From Dehalococcoidia bacterium (GTDB taxonomy: Bacteria > Chloroflexota > Dehalococcoidia > GIF9 > AB-539-J10), in assembly GCA_030610855.1 (NCBI GenBank), contig JAUWQY010000001.1, positions 1,628-65,627 of the forward strand: 64,000 nt of DNA, given 5' to 3'. The notes under the pieces were generated by a model. It did no database searches. It was not told the origin of the DNA and saw only the letters and a program-made list of their open reading frames with translations. Shown piece after piece: positions 49,579 to 57,572 of this stretch. The translations under genes and the position numbers were made by a program. Positions within the stretch are counted from its first letter, which is position 1; every line of letters begins with the position of its first letter.

Positions 49579-50454
49579 TCACCCCTTGCTACCGTTCGTT
49601 AACCTTATCGAGAGTGTATGCCACATTCTTTGTATCTCCCGAGTGACGTTACCATTAGTGTATTCCACTACTGGCACTCCTTGAACAATTGACTCAGTAA
49701 CAACATTATCAAAAGGAATCCTCCCTGCTATCTCAACTCCCTGGCTAAGGCATTGGCTCTCAATTTGCCGTGTGTTCTCCTCGTTCAAGTCATGCTTGTT
49801 GATGCAGACCATGGCAGGAACCCCGAAGTGGCGGCAGAGGCCAAGCACTCTCTCCAAATCGTGCATCCCAGAAAGGGTCGGCTCGGTAACCAGAAGGGCT
49901 AACGCTGCCCCAGAGAGAGATGAAATGACGGGGCAGCCGATGCCGGGCGGGCCATCACTAATAATATAATCGAAACCCTGCTCTTCAGCAATCTGTTTAG
50001 CCTGCTGCCTGACTACTGCCACCAGTTTCCCTGAGTTCTCTTGAGCTATTCCCAGTCGGGCATGAACAAGAGGGCCATACTTGGTATCGGAAATGAACCA
50101 GTATCCGGCCATATTGTCCCTCATTGTTATAGCTTCAGTTGGGCACACATGTGAACAGAAGCCGCAGCCTTCACAGGATACTGCGTCAACCCGGAAATCC
50201 TTGATAGCGTTGAAGCGGCACAGCTCCTGGCACAGGCCACACTCATTGCACCCGCTTTCATCTATGTGAGCTACCTGCCCACTCCAGAACTCGTTTCTTG
50301 CCTTCTCCGAAGGGCTGAGTAGCAAATGAAGGTCTGCCGCGTCAACATCACAGTCGGCAAGCACCTTTCTTTCCGCCAGAGCCGCCAGCGAGCCGACGAT
50401 GATGGTCTTCCCGGTGCCCCCTTTACCGCTTAGTACTACGACTTCTTTCATCAA
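49579..50454 (-). CDS. MinD/ParA-superfamily P-loop ATPase with inserted 2x[4Fe-4S] ferredoxin domain
   Basis: GKGGTGKT deviant Walker A. CNECGLCQELC and CEGCGFCSHVCP ferredoxin motifs inserted mid-protein. Confidence 0.85.
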   Translation of the reverse strand: MMKEVVVLSGKGGTGKTIIVGSLAALAERKVLADCDVDAADLHLLLSPSEKARNEFWSGQVAHIDESGCNECGLCQELCRFNAIKDFRVDAVSCEGCGFCSHVCPTEAITMRDNMAGYWFISDTKYGPLVHARLGIAQENSGKLVAVVRQQAKQIAEEQGFDYIISDGPPGIGCPVISSLSGAALALLVTEPTLSGMHDLERVLGLCRHFGVPAMVCINKHDLNEENTRQIESQCLSQGVEIAGRIPFDNVVTESIVQGVPVVEYTNGNVTREIQRMWHTLSIRLTNGSKG

Positions 50455-51289
50455 CTATCTCCGCGACCTTATCAAAGAGCTGAAGGAAGATGCTCTTCCA
50501 CTGCGGCATGCCATCGACCAAAGTTATACCACGTGAGTAGAGGCGGGCGATCTCCATATCCAAAGGAATGGTAAGCAGGATAGGTATGTTCTCTTTCTCA
50601 CAGTACTCTTCCACTTTGCTATCACCTACACCGGCACGGTTGAGCACAACGCCGCATGGGACGCCGAGTTCTCTCACCGTTTCGACGGCAAGGGCCAGGT
50701 CATTCAGCCCAAATGGAGTTGGCTCAGTTACCAGAATACAGAAATCGCTCCCCTTGATTGCCTCTACTACCGGACAGGATGTGCCCGGCGGAACATCTAT
50801 GATGACTGTATCATCGTTATTGGCATACTCCTTCACTTTTCTGATAATCGGTGGCGCCATTGCCTCACCCACCGTGAGTTTGCCATGGACAAAGCCCACA
50901 GCATCCGCGTGTCCCCACTCAACAACTCCTGTCTCGCGGCTCTCCTCAGTGATAACCTTCTCTGGGCAGAGGTAACAGCAGGCACCGCACCCGTGACAGA
51001 GCTGAGGGAAGGTCAGCACGTGCTTGCCCAGTACGGCAATGGCATGATAGGCACACACCTCAGCACACTTGCCACAGTAGGTGCACTTCTCTTCGTCTAC
51101 GTTGGGAACCGAAATTGATACGGCTTTGCTACCGGTGATTTCGGGTTTCAGAAACACGTGGTCGTTTGGCTCCTCCACATCACAGTCGAGCAGTTTAACC
51201 TTATAGTCACCGCTCAGCGAAAGAGCCAGGCTAGTAGCGACCAGCGTCTTTCCTGTGCCACCCTTCCCACTGGCAACAGATATTATCAT
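50423..51289 (-). CDS. MinD/ParA-superfamily P-loop ATPase with inserted ferredoxin domain (paralog)
   Basis: GKGGTGKT. CTYCGKCAEVC and CHGCGACCYLCP. Overlaps the downstream paralog by 32 nt. Confidence 0.85.
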   Translation of the reverse strand: MIISVASGKGGTGKTLVATSLALSLSGDYKVKLLDCDVEEPNDHVFLKPEITGSKAVSISVPNVDEEKCTYCGKCAEVCAYHAIAVLGKHVLTFPQLCHGCGACCYLCPEKVITEESRETGVVEWGHADAVGFVHGKLTVGEAMAPPIIRKVKEYANNDDTVIIDVPPGTSCPVVEAIKGSDFCILVTEPTPFGLNDLALAVETVRELGVPCGVVLNRAGVGDSKVEEYCEKENIPILLTIPLDMEIARLYSRGITLVDGMPQWKSIFLQLFDKVAEIVDERSRSTKR

Positions 51290-51290
51290 T

Positions 51291-51509
51291 CTATTCCCGA
51301 ATCATCTTGGCACCACACTTGGGGCACGTTAAATCGTAGCAGGGAATACCTACCTCGTGAGGGATATTTGCACCACAACTCGGGCAAACACAGCTGCCAC
51401 TAGGGCCTGCCCCAGGTCGGTTTCCACCCATCCTTCCCATACCCCGGCCACGTCCTGATCCTCTTCCCGGCCCCTGCCCATAAGGTCCCGTGCCATCTCC
51501 TCTAGGCAT
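51291..51509 (-). CDS. DUF5320-type Gly-rich N-terminus fused to a CxxC...CxxC zinc ribbon
   Basis: MPRGDGTGPYGQGPGRGSGRGRGMGRMG then CVCPSCG...CPKCGAKM. Confidence 0.65.
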   Translation of the reverse strand: MPRGDGTGPYGQGPGRGSGRGRGMGRMGGNRPGAGPSGSCVCPSCGANIPHEVGIPCYDLTCPKCGAKMIRE

Positions 51510-51512
51510 AAA

Positions 51513-51710
51513 TCACCTCGCTGTTTTTCTCTTCCCTTCTAGTGATGTATCCGACTCTGCGCTCAACTCAGTAATGAAGTAGGGATAGTCATCAGTGCGG
51601 TTCTCCTTTCCACACTGAAAGCAAGTTTGTATTATCTTCTTAACTTCCTCCTCTGTTACTTCCTTGCCCCCGTATTCCAGGTAACCATAACTCCTCCCTT
51701 CCGAATTCAA
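51513..51710 (-). CDS. questionable small ORF (TTG start, single CxxC)
   Basis: Fills an otherwise empty 200-nt slot in a tightly packed operon, but lacks an ATG or SD. Contains CFQCG. Confidence 0.25.
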   Translation of the reverse strand: MNSEGRSYGYLEYGGKEVTEEEVKKIIQTCFQCGKENRTDDYPYFITELSAESDTSLEGKRKTAR

Positions 51711-51717
51711 GCTTTGC

Positions 51718-51942
51718 TTACTCTATACCTGGCAACCCGCAGACTCCAGAGCTGCAAGTGGGGCAACTCATATCTGCATCTTCGGTTCCACTTGAGCTAT
51801 GGCTAAAAAATGAGGAAATGAGCCTCCTCGGATTTGGAGCGTTACATTCAGGGCAGTTTATACCAGAAATACCTTCGCCAACGCTTTGGCGAACCTCGAA
51901 TCTCTGCCCACATTGGTTACATTGATACTCATAAATAGGCAT
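51718..51942 (-). CDS. FmdB-family zinc-ribbon protein with C-terminal Cys-rich tail
   Basis: MPIYEYQCNQCGQRFE...CPECNA, then a CPTCSSGVCG tail. Confidence 0.7.
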   Translation of the reverse strand: MPIYEYQCNQCGQRFEVRQSVGEGISGINCPECNAPNPRRLISSFFSHSSSGTEDADMSCPTCSSGVCGLPGIE

Positions 51943-51945
51943 GTT

Positions 51946-52503
51946 TTAGCTCTCCTTCCCCAACTCTGCGATGCGACGTTGAATCTCACTTAGCTGCTGC
52001 GCCATCATCTGAGTCTGAGATTTGAGCGCCTCTATCTCTTCCTCGGGGCTCATTGCTTGGGGCGCTGCCTGAGGTATTATTCCTGGCCCCATGCCTCTGC
52101 CCATTCCCATTCCTCGACCCATACCCATACCCATGCCGCGACCCATGCCAGAATGAGAGCCTACGTTTGGTTGGGTGCTTGGTTGTAGCCTACCTGTATT
52201 ATAGGCTTCAACAGCATCCTTTATCCTGCCTGAAACACCGGTGATTACTTGGATCCCCGCTGCCGAAAGGGTCTGGTAAGCGTTGGGCCCACAATTACCC
52301 GTGAGCACGAACTCCACGCCTTTGCCGGCAATCATCTGGGCAGTGCTGATGCCTGCCCCACCGGCAGCCATGGCGCTCGAATTCTCCAAAGTCTCAAACT
52401 CCATGCTCTGGGGGTCAACGATGATGAAGTATTGACACCTTCCAAAACGAGGATCTACGTCAGCATCCAAACCAGGAGCTGTTGCCGATACCGCAATTCT
52501 CAT
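51946..52503 (-). CDS. NifX/NifB-like domain fused to a DUF5320-type Gly/Met/Arg repeat and coiled coil
   Basis: N-terminus MRIAVSATAPGLDADVDPRFGRCQYFIIVD...VLTGNCG is NifX-like. Then (GMGR)n repeats and a SPEEEIEALKSQTQMMAQQLSEIQRRIAELGK coiled coil. Confidence 0.8.
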   Translation of the reverse strand: MRIAVSATAPGLDADVDPRFGRCQYFIIVDPQSMEFETLENSSAMAAGGAGISTAQMIAGKGVEFVLTGNCGPNAYQTLSAAGIQVITGVSGRIKDAVEAYNTGRLQPSTQPNVGSHSGMGRGMGMGMGRGMGMGRGMGPGIIPQAAPQAMSPEEEIEALKSQTQMMAQQLSEIQRRIAELGKES

Positions 52504-52521
52504 GATGCACCTCTTTCTAGT

Positions 52522-52839
52522 TTACTCCGTCTCCAGTTCTTTTATTCTAGCATCTATTTGCTCCAACTGTCCCTTTACTGCTTCTGCCTGGTCCCTCAGG
52601 AAATCCAGCTCCTGCTCCCGAGTCATCTGAGGAGCGTAGGGGTAGGCTCCTGGCGCTGCTCCCATAGGTGCCCCCGCATAACTATATGGCGCAGGACCTG
52701 CATAAGGCATGCCCCTTCCAAACCCATATCCCCTGCCGAAACCATACCTGCGCCCTGTACCCCAAGGGCTGCAAAAACCTCTCCCTCCTCCCGTCATTGG
52801 TCCCATTCCCCGTGGTCCCGTTCCATCAAACCCTGGCAT
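52522..52839 (-). CDS. DUF5320-family protein (Gly-rich N-terminus, coiled-coil C-terminus)
   Basis: MPGFDGTGPRGMGPMTGGGRGFC...REQELDFLRDQAEAVKGQLEQIDARIKELE. Confidence 0.75.
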   Translation of the reverse strand: MPGFDGTGPRGMGPMTGGGRGFCSPWGTGRRYGFGRGYGFGRGMPYAGPAPYSYAGAPMGAAPGAYPYAPQMTREQELDFLRDQAEAVKGQLEQIDARIKELETE

Positions 52840-52900
52840 AATTCACCTCCTTGTCAATTTGAGTATTGTGTACGCAAATCTCATTTCTTTACTAAATTCT

Positions 52901-53104
52901 CTACTTACGAAGCTCCTCCAGCCTCTTCTTCACTTCGTCTAGCTCGCTCTCGAGCAATCTCTCCTCGTCTTCAAGCATGGCAACTCTTCCTCTCTGGACA
53001 TAGCTCCCCAGGGGGTAACCATATCCATATCCTCCATAGGGATACCTGTAGGGGATTCTATACTGCCAACCCCAAGGGTGCCGAGATCCGAACCAACGCC
53101 ACAT
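52901..53104 (-). CDS. DUF5320 C-terminal coiled-coil fragment (second half of a split or frameshifted gene)
   Basis: Tyr/Gly-rich WQYRIPYRYPYGGYGYGYP followed by EDEERLLESELDEVKKRLEELRK. Frame is -1 relative to the N-terminal fragment. Confidence 0.4.
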   Translation of the reverse strand: MWRWFGSRHPWGWQYRIPYRYPYGGYGYGYPLGSYVQRGRVAMLEDEERLLESELDEVKKRLEELRK

Positions 53105-53133
53105 TTTCTCATCTGCTCGAGAAATCCTAATAC

Positions 53134-53412
53134 TTACCACCAAGGGTATCCATAAGGTCCCCGTCTTCGCAAGCCACGACCCAAGCCACGACCCAAGCCA
53201 CGACCGAAGCCGCGACCGAAGCCACGGCCAAAGCCATAGCCCCACCTGGGCCGTACCGGTGCCGGGTAACCGTAACCATAAGCGTACGGATCACCAGGCA
53301 TTGGGTTGGCAAAGCCCGGCCTACCAAAGCCAGCGCAGAAACCAGCCGCCCTACCGGTCATCGGACCTGAGCCCATCGGTCCTGTTCTATCTCCAAATGG
53401 CATCTTTATCAC
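53134..53412 (-). CDS. DUF5320 N-terminal Gly/Arg-rich fragment (first half of a split or frameshifted gene)
   Basis: MPFGDRTGPMGSGPMTGRAAGFCAGFGRPG...(GFGRGLGR)n. Stops at TAA 53134-53136 without a coiled coil. Confidence 0.6.
   Translation of the reverse strand: MIKMPFGDRTGPMGSGPMTGRAAGFCAGFGRPGFANPMPGDPYAYGYGYPAPVRPRWGYGFGRGFGRGFGRGLGRGLGRGLRRRGPYGYPWW
53171..53242 (-). repeat. six tandem 12-nt coding repeats (AAGCCACGACCC variants) encoding (GRGF/GRGL)n
   Basis: Direct tandem units are visible in the sequence. A similar CCCATNCC(G)CGA periodicity at about 52101-52150 encodes (GMGR)n. Confidence 0.6.
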
Positions 53413-53435
53413 CTCCTTTCTCTATTCATTGTTCA

Positions 53436-53906
53436 TCACGATCTGCCGCCGCGAAATCTCCTGCCACATCGTCGGCCCAAACCAAACGGGGGTAGAGGCG
53501 TGGGCTGTATATCCCCACTGAAGCATACGGGGCAGGACAAAGGCAGTCTCTGTGCCCTGGCCTCAAAAGACACATTCCACTCATGCCCGTCATTGCCGCA
53601 TCTAAAACGGCGCTGGGCAAGCTCGAAATTGCCTCCTTCGATTTGAATTGCCTTGCCATTGATCAGAGCGTCGGCCAGCTTTTGCCGGGCCGATTCCAAT
53701 ATACGATGAAAGGTCGGCCTGGAAATCCACATTCGCTGGGCACACGCTTCCTGTTCCAGTCCCTCCAAATCCTTGAGACGGATAGACTCAAGTTCCTCAA
53801 GCGAAAGACGAACACCCTGTAAAGCACTTACGGGAATACCCACCGGTCTGAAGGAGTCTATGCTCGGCAGCTGGGCAACGCATCGCAACTTCGTTGGCCT
53901 GGCCAT
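53436..53906 (-). CDS. DUF134-family predicted DNA-binding protein with C-terminal Cys/His zinc-ribbon-like extension
   Basis: MARPTKLRCV...RLSLEELESIRLKDLEGLEQEACAQRMWISRPTFHRIL is DUF134 (sigma region-4-like HTH). AAAGGAGG RBS. First gene of the co-directional array. Confidence 0.8.
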   Translation of the reverse strand: MARPTKLRCVAQLPSIDSFRPVGIPVSALQGVRLSLEELESIRLKDLEGLEQEACAQRMWISRPTFHRILESARQKLADALINGKAIQIEGGNFELAQRRFRCGNDGHEWNVSFEARAQRLPLSCPVCFSGDIQPTPLPPFGLGRRCGRRFRGGRS

Positions 53907-54025
53907 CAGAAATCAACCTCCTTTTCGCTACGAATTATGAACATATGTCAATAATAATGATAATGGATCCTGTCGAAGTTGTCAAGTTTTGACCATAGCC
54001 ATGGCGTGGTGATACAAATGGAGAT

Positions 54026-54307
54026 ATGAATTGTGTTGAGCTTTTCCCCAGTCTCGACCACTGTATCGAGAGTACGGCCAGGGAGGAATTCTGGAACTCA
54101 GTGAACGGATATTCGGAAGGCGGGCGTGAGGACAAGGAATTGGAGGAGAGGATTGAACTCCTCAAGGCTTTCCTGGAATCGGCGGACTTTGGAAAGCTCC
54201 GCAGCCAAAGCGAGAAGCACTTGATAGAAGGCAAGAAGATCAAGTTTGTGATTTGCCAGCAAGAGGGCGGGCTGGATTATCGGATGATGGTAATCGAGGG
54301 CGTTTAG
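54026..54307 (+). CDS. hypothetical 93-aa protein
   Basis: ATG with GGAG 5 nt upstream, in an otherwise empty 500-nt gap. No recognised domain. Confidence 0.3.
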   Translation: MNCVELFPSLDHCIESTAREEFWNSVNGYSEGGREDKELEERIELLKAFLESADFGKLRSQSEKHLIEGKKIKFVICQQEGGLDYRMMVIEGV

Positions 54308-54408
54308 CAATTCGAATTGCGATTACTGTGGCCGGTTTCCTGGTTTGTGCTTGCGATGCCTGGCGATGACGCGTGGTAGTGAGTAAGCAGCCTTCGCGAT
54401 TCAGCTTC

Positions 54409-54891
54409 CTACCTTTGGACCAAAGCCACGGCCTGGGCAGCTATTCCCTCTTCCCTGCCGATGAAGCCCAAACCGTTAGCGGTGGTGGCTTTAACTGTTA
54501 CCTGCGCTATCTCCACGTGTAAAGCCTGAGCTATGCACCTCCTCATTTCATGGATGAAAGGGGAGAGCTTCGGGCTCTCAGCTACGATGGCAACATCAAT
54601 GTTAGCCACAGCGAATCCCTTGGCTTTAACGAGGTCTGCGGTCTTGCTCAGTAGAATCAAGCTTGAGATATCCTTGTATTGCGCTTCCTGGGAGGGGAAC
54701 AAGGTGCCGACGTCGCCCAGATCAGCAGCGCCGCATAAGGCATCTATTATGGCGTGAGTTGCCACGTCGGCATCGCTCCAACCTGACAGCCCTTTGTCGT
54801 AAGGGATATCAACCCCTCCCAGGACCAGCCTGCGTCCCGAAACCAGGGGATGGCTATCATAGCCAATGCCAACTCTCAATTCCTCCTGCAT
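54409..54891 (-). CDS. ispF: 2-C-methyl-D-erythritol 2,4-cyclodiphosphate synthase
   Basis: GIGYDSHPL...GWSDADVATHAI motifs. Confidence 0.9.
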   Translation of the reverse strand: MQEELRVGIGYDSHPLVSGRRLVLGGVDIPYDKGLSGWSDADVATHAIIDALCGAADLGDVGTLFPSQEAQYKDISSLILLSKTADLVKAKGFAVANIDVAIVAESPKLSPFIHEMRRCIAQALHVEIAQVTVKATTANGLGFIGREEGIAAQAVALVQR

Positions 54892-55101
54892 CTGATCCCC
54901 TTCGAGATAGGTTTCGCACGATGTCTTACTCGCCTACCCTGAGAAATCCTCCTTCATCTTCGACGCTGCAGGTGACCTACGGTCGTTGATTATAATGCCC
55001 TTCTCACTTAGAGATTTCTCTTTCTGCCCGCAAGGCGTACTCGCGGAAAATCAGCTTCAGCCCAAACATGGCTCCGTCCTATAATATAGCACGGGCAAGG
55101 G

Positions 55102-55797
55102 TCAGATACTTCTTCTGGCGATGATTCTTGCCAGTGATAGGTCTTCAGGCGTGGTCACCTTTATATTGTTGTAATCGCCCATATAGAGGCGTACCTCATA
55201 TCCCAGACGCTCGACAGCAGCTCCATCATCGGTAATCTCCACCGGGAGGTTCTCATAAGCCCTGGTTATGACATCAAAGCTGAATATCTGAGGGGTTTGC
55301 GCTGCCCATAGTTTGTCGCGCTGAAGCGTTTCCCTGATCAATCTGTCGTCGGCAACAAGCTTGATTGTATCTTTAACTGGCACTGCTGCTACAGCGGCCC
55401 CGGTTTCTCTGGCCACCTGAAGGCCGTTCTCAATCAAATCTAGAGTCAAGAAGGGCCGAGCTCCATCGTGAATCATGACCAGGCCGCAGTTTGTTATCCG
55501 CTTCAGCCCTTCCTTCACCGAATCCTGCCGCCGCGCTCCCCCACGACATATGGTAACCTTGGACCAGTGCCTCTCCTCTTTCAATTTCCTCCCCCGGATC
55601 AAGTCCCTATCGCTCAATACCAGGACTATCTGCGTGATGAAGCTGCACCCGTGACAGGTGTCCACAGACCAGGCCAGCAGAGGCCTATTTCCCAGAGGAA
55701 CAAAGAGCTTGTTTATGCCCGCCATCCGTTCGCCGGTCCCGGCAGCAACCACAACCGCGCCCATTTTGATGACTTTGTTCATCACATTCCTTCTCAA
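55102..55797 (-). CDS. ispD: 2-C-methyl-D-erythritol 4-phosphate cytidylyltransferase
   Basis: VVAAGTGERM glycine-rich loop. About 230 aa. Confidence 0.9.
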   Translation of the reverse strand: MRRNVMNKVIKMGAVVVAAGTGERMAGINKLFVPLGNRPLLAWSVDTCHGCSFITQIVLVLSDRDLIRGRKLKEERHWSKVTICRGGARRQDSVKEGLKRITNCGLVMIHDGARPFLTLDLIENGLQVARETGAAVAAVPVKDTIKLVADDRLIRETLQRDKLWAAQTPQIFSFDVITRAYENLPVEITDDGAAVERLGYEVRLYMGDYNNIKVTTPEDLSLARIIARRSI

Positions 55798-55884
55798 AAG
55801 GCGAAGAATCCAAATCTGACTGGGGATCGCGTATCAAGGACGGAAAACCAACAATGACAAATCAAGGGGCAGGAACCTTCTTCT

Positions 55885-57330
55885 TCATCTTCGCTCTGCA
55901 TTCCTTCCTTTCGCATCCTGTATCTTGTTTTCTCTTGTGAGCCCTAGCTTCAGAGCCTCAGCTACGGAGCTAGCCTCGATTAAGTTGATGTCTGCAGCGC
56001 GGAAGGATTGTCTGATTTCGCTCGCAATGACAGAGGGAAGTTCAGGCATAAGGCAGGACTTGAAGCCTAGTCTGACAGCTTCGGCGATTCTTCTCTCTAC
56101 CTGGGATACCCCTCTAAGCTCTCCATTCAAACCTACTTCTCCCAATGCAACCAGGCCTGAAATGGGCTTAGCATCGTGGAAACTGGAGGCAATGGCTGAG
56201 GCCATCCCCAGGTCAACAGCCGGTTCGTTCACTCTCAAGCCACCAGTAACGTTGACTATGATGTCCTGGTTGAATAGCTTCAGCCCGGCACGCTTAGTGA
56301 GCACAGCGATCATCAGCAGCAGCCGGCTAAAATCAACGCCGTTAGCGATACGCCTGGGTGGAGTGAAGCTATTAGGGGTAGTCAGAGCCTGAATCTCGAC
56401 CAGCAGGGGCCGACTTCCCTCGAGAGTGGGCACCACTACGGAACCAACAGTTCCCTCCCTGTATGCGCTTAGGAAAACCTGAGAGGGATTAGCTACTTCA
56501 ACCAATCCGCTATCGCCCATCTCAAACATCCCTACCTCGTTAGTGGAGCCGAAGCGATTCTTTGCGCTGCGTAGCATTCGGTAACTGCTAAATGGTTCAC
56601 CTTCGAAGTAAAGCACGACATCAACGATGTGTTCTAGCGTTCCCGGACCTGCGATGGCCCCTTCTTTGGTCACATGCCCTGTGATCAAGAGGGGCACGCT
56701 ATTCTGTTTCGCCCACCTCTGTAATCTCCAGGTGCACTCGCGCACCTGCGAGATACTGCCGGGCGTCCCCGCCACATCCTCCAGATACATAGCCTGAATT
56801 GAATCGATGACCGCTAATCCAGGAGAAAGTCCTTCCAGGCATTCTACTACTGTCCCCAGATCGGGCTCAGAAAGGAAGTAGATCCCTTTGCCACCTATGC
56901 CCAGGCGCTCGCTTCTAAGCTTAATCTGGTTAACGGATTCTTCGCCCGAGATGTAAGCGACAACCGTGTTGTTTTCAGCCAGCATCGCTGAAACCTGAAG
57001 TAGAAGCGTGGACTTGCCTATTCCTGGCTCGCCGCCGACAAGCACTAGGGAACCCGGAACTAGACCACCTCCCAGAACTCGATTCAATTCAGCGAAGCCG
57101 AGGTGAAAGCGGGCGAAGTCACCGCTCTCCACTTGGGAAAGCTCTTGGAGGCTATTGCCTGTGGAGTGAGGCCTCTTGGTGATGCGGGATGACGCCACCC
57201 TGGTTTCTACGAAGCTGTTCCATGCCTGACAATCAGGACAGCGCCCTAACCATTTGGGGATTTCCTTCCCGCATTGCTGACAGACGAAAATACTTCGGGT
57301 TTTGGATTTGCCCTGATTGTTGGATTTCAA
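55885..57330 (-). CDS. radA: DNA repair protein RadA/Sms
   Basis: N-terminal zinc finger CQQCG...CPDC, RecA-like Walker A GEPGIGKST and a Lon-like C-terminus. Confidence 0.9.
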   Translation of the reverse strand: MKSNNQGKSKTRSIFVCQQCGKEIPKWLGRCPDCQAWNSFVETRVASSRITKRPHSTGNSLQELSQVESGDFARFHLGFAELNRVLGGGLVPGSLVLVGGEPGIGKSTLLLQVSAMLAENNTVVAYISGEESVNQIKLRSERLGIGGKGIYFLSEPDLGTVVECLEGLSPGLAVIDSIQAMYLEDVAGTPGSISQVRECTWRLQRWAKQNSVPLLITGHVTKEGAIAGPGTLEHIVDVVLYFEGEPFSSYRMLRSAKNRFGSTNEVGMFEMGDSGLVEVANPSQVFLSAYREGTVGSVVVPTLEGSRPLLVEIQALTTPNSFTPPRRIANGVDFSRLLLMIAVLTKRAGLKLFNQDIIVNVTGGLRVNEPAVDLGMASAIASSFHDAKPISGLVALGEVGLNGELRGVSQVERRIAEAVRLGFKSCLMPELPSVIASEIRQSFRAADINLIEASSVAEALKLGLTRENKIQDAKGRNAERR

Positions 57331-57348
57331 GTCTGCTGGCCGGACCGC

Positions 57349-57570
57349 CTAATACTCGATAACTGCTAGCTTTTCTCCAGTCCTAACGGCGTGCCCCGGC
57401 GAAACTGCCACCTCTACAACTGAACCTTTCAGGGGAGAAAATATGGGATTTTCCATTTTCATGGCTTCTATGACGCAAATCACGCCGCCTTCTTCAACGG
57501 CATTACCCACCTTCACCTCGACGTGTATTACTCGCCCCGGTAGCGGCGCCGTGATTACTTCCTGAGCCAT
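57349..57570 (-). CDS. stand-alone biotin/lipoyl attachment domain protein
   Basis: EAMKM biotinylation motif. About 74 aa from MAQEVITAPLPG. No carboxylase partner in the window. Confidence 0.7.
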   Translation of the reverse strand: MAQEVITAPLPGRVIHVEVKVGNAVEEGGVICVIEAMKMENPIFSPLKGSVVEVAVSPGHAVRTGEKLAVIEY

Positions 57571-57572
57571 GC

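Noticed and set aside
52249-53130. 293-aa plus-strand ORF
   Set aside because: Antisense to the DUF5320 genes. Low-complexity Ser/Pro/Arg product generated by the complement of Gly/Arg repeats.
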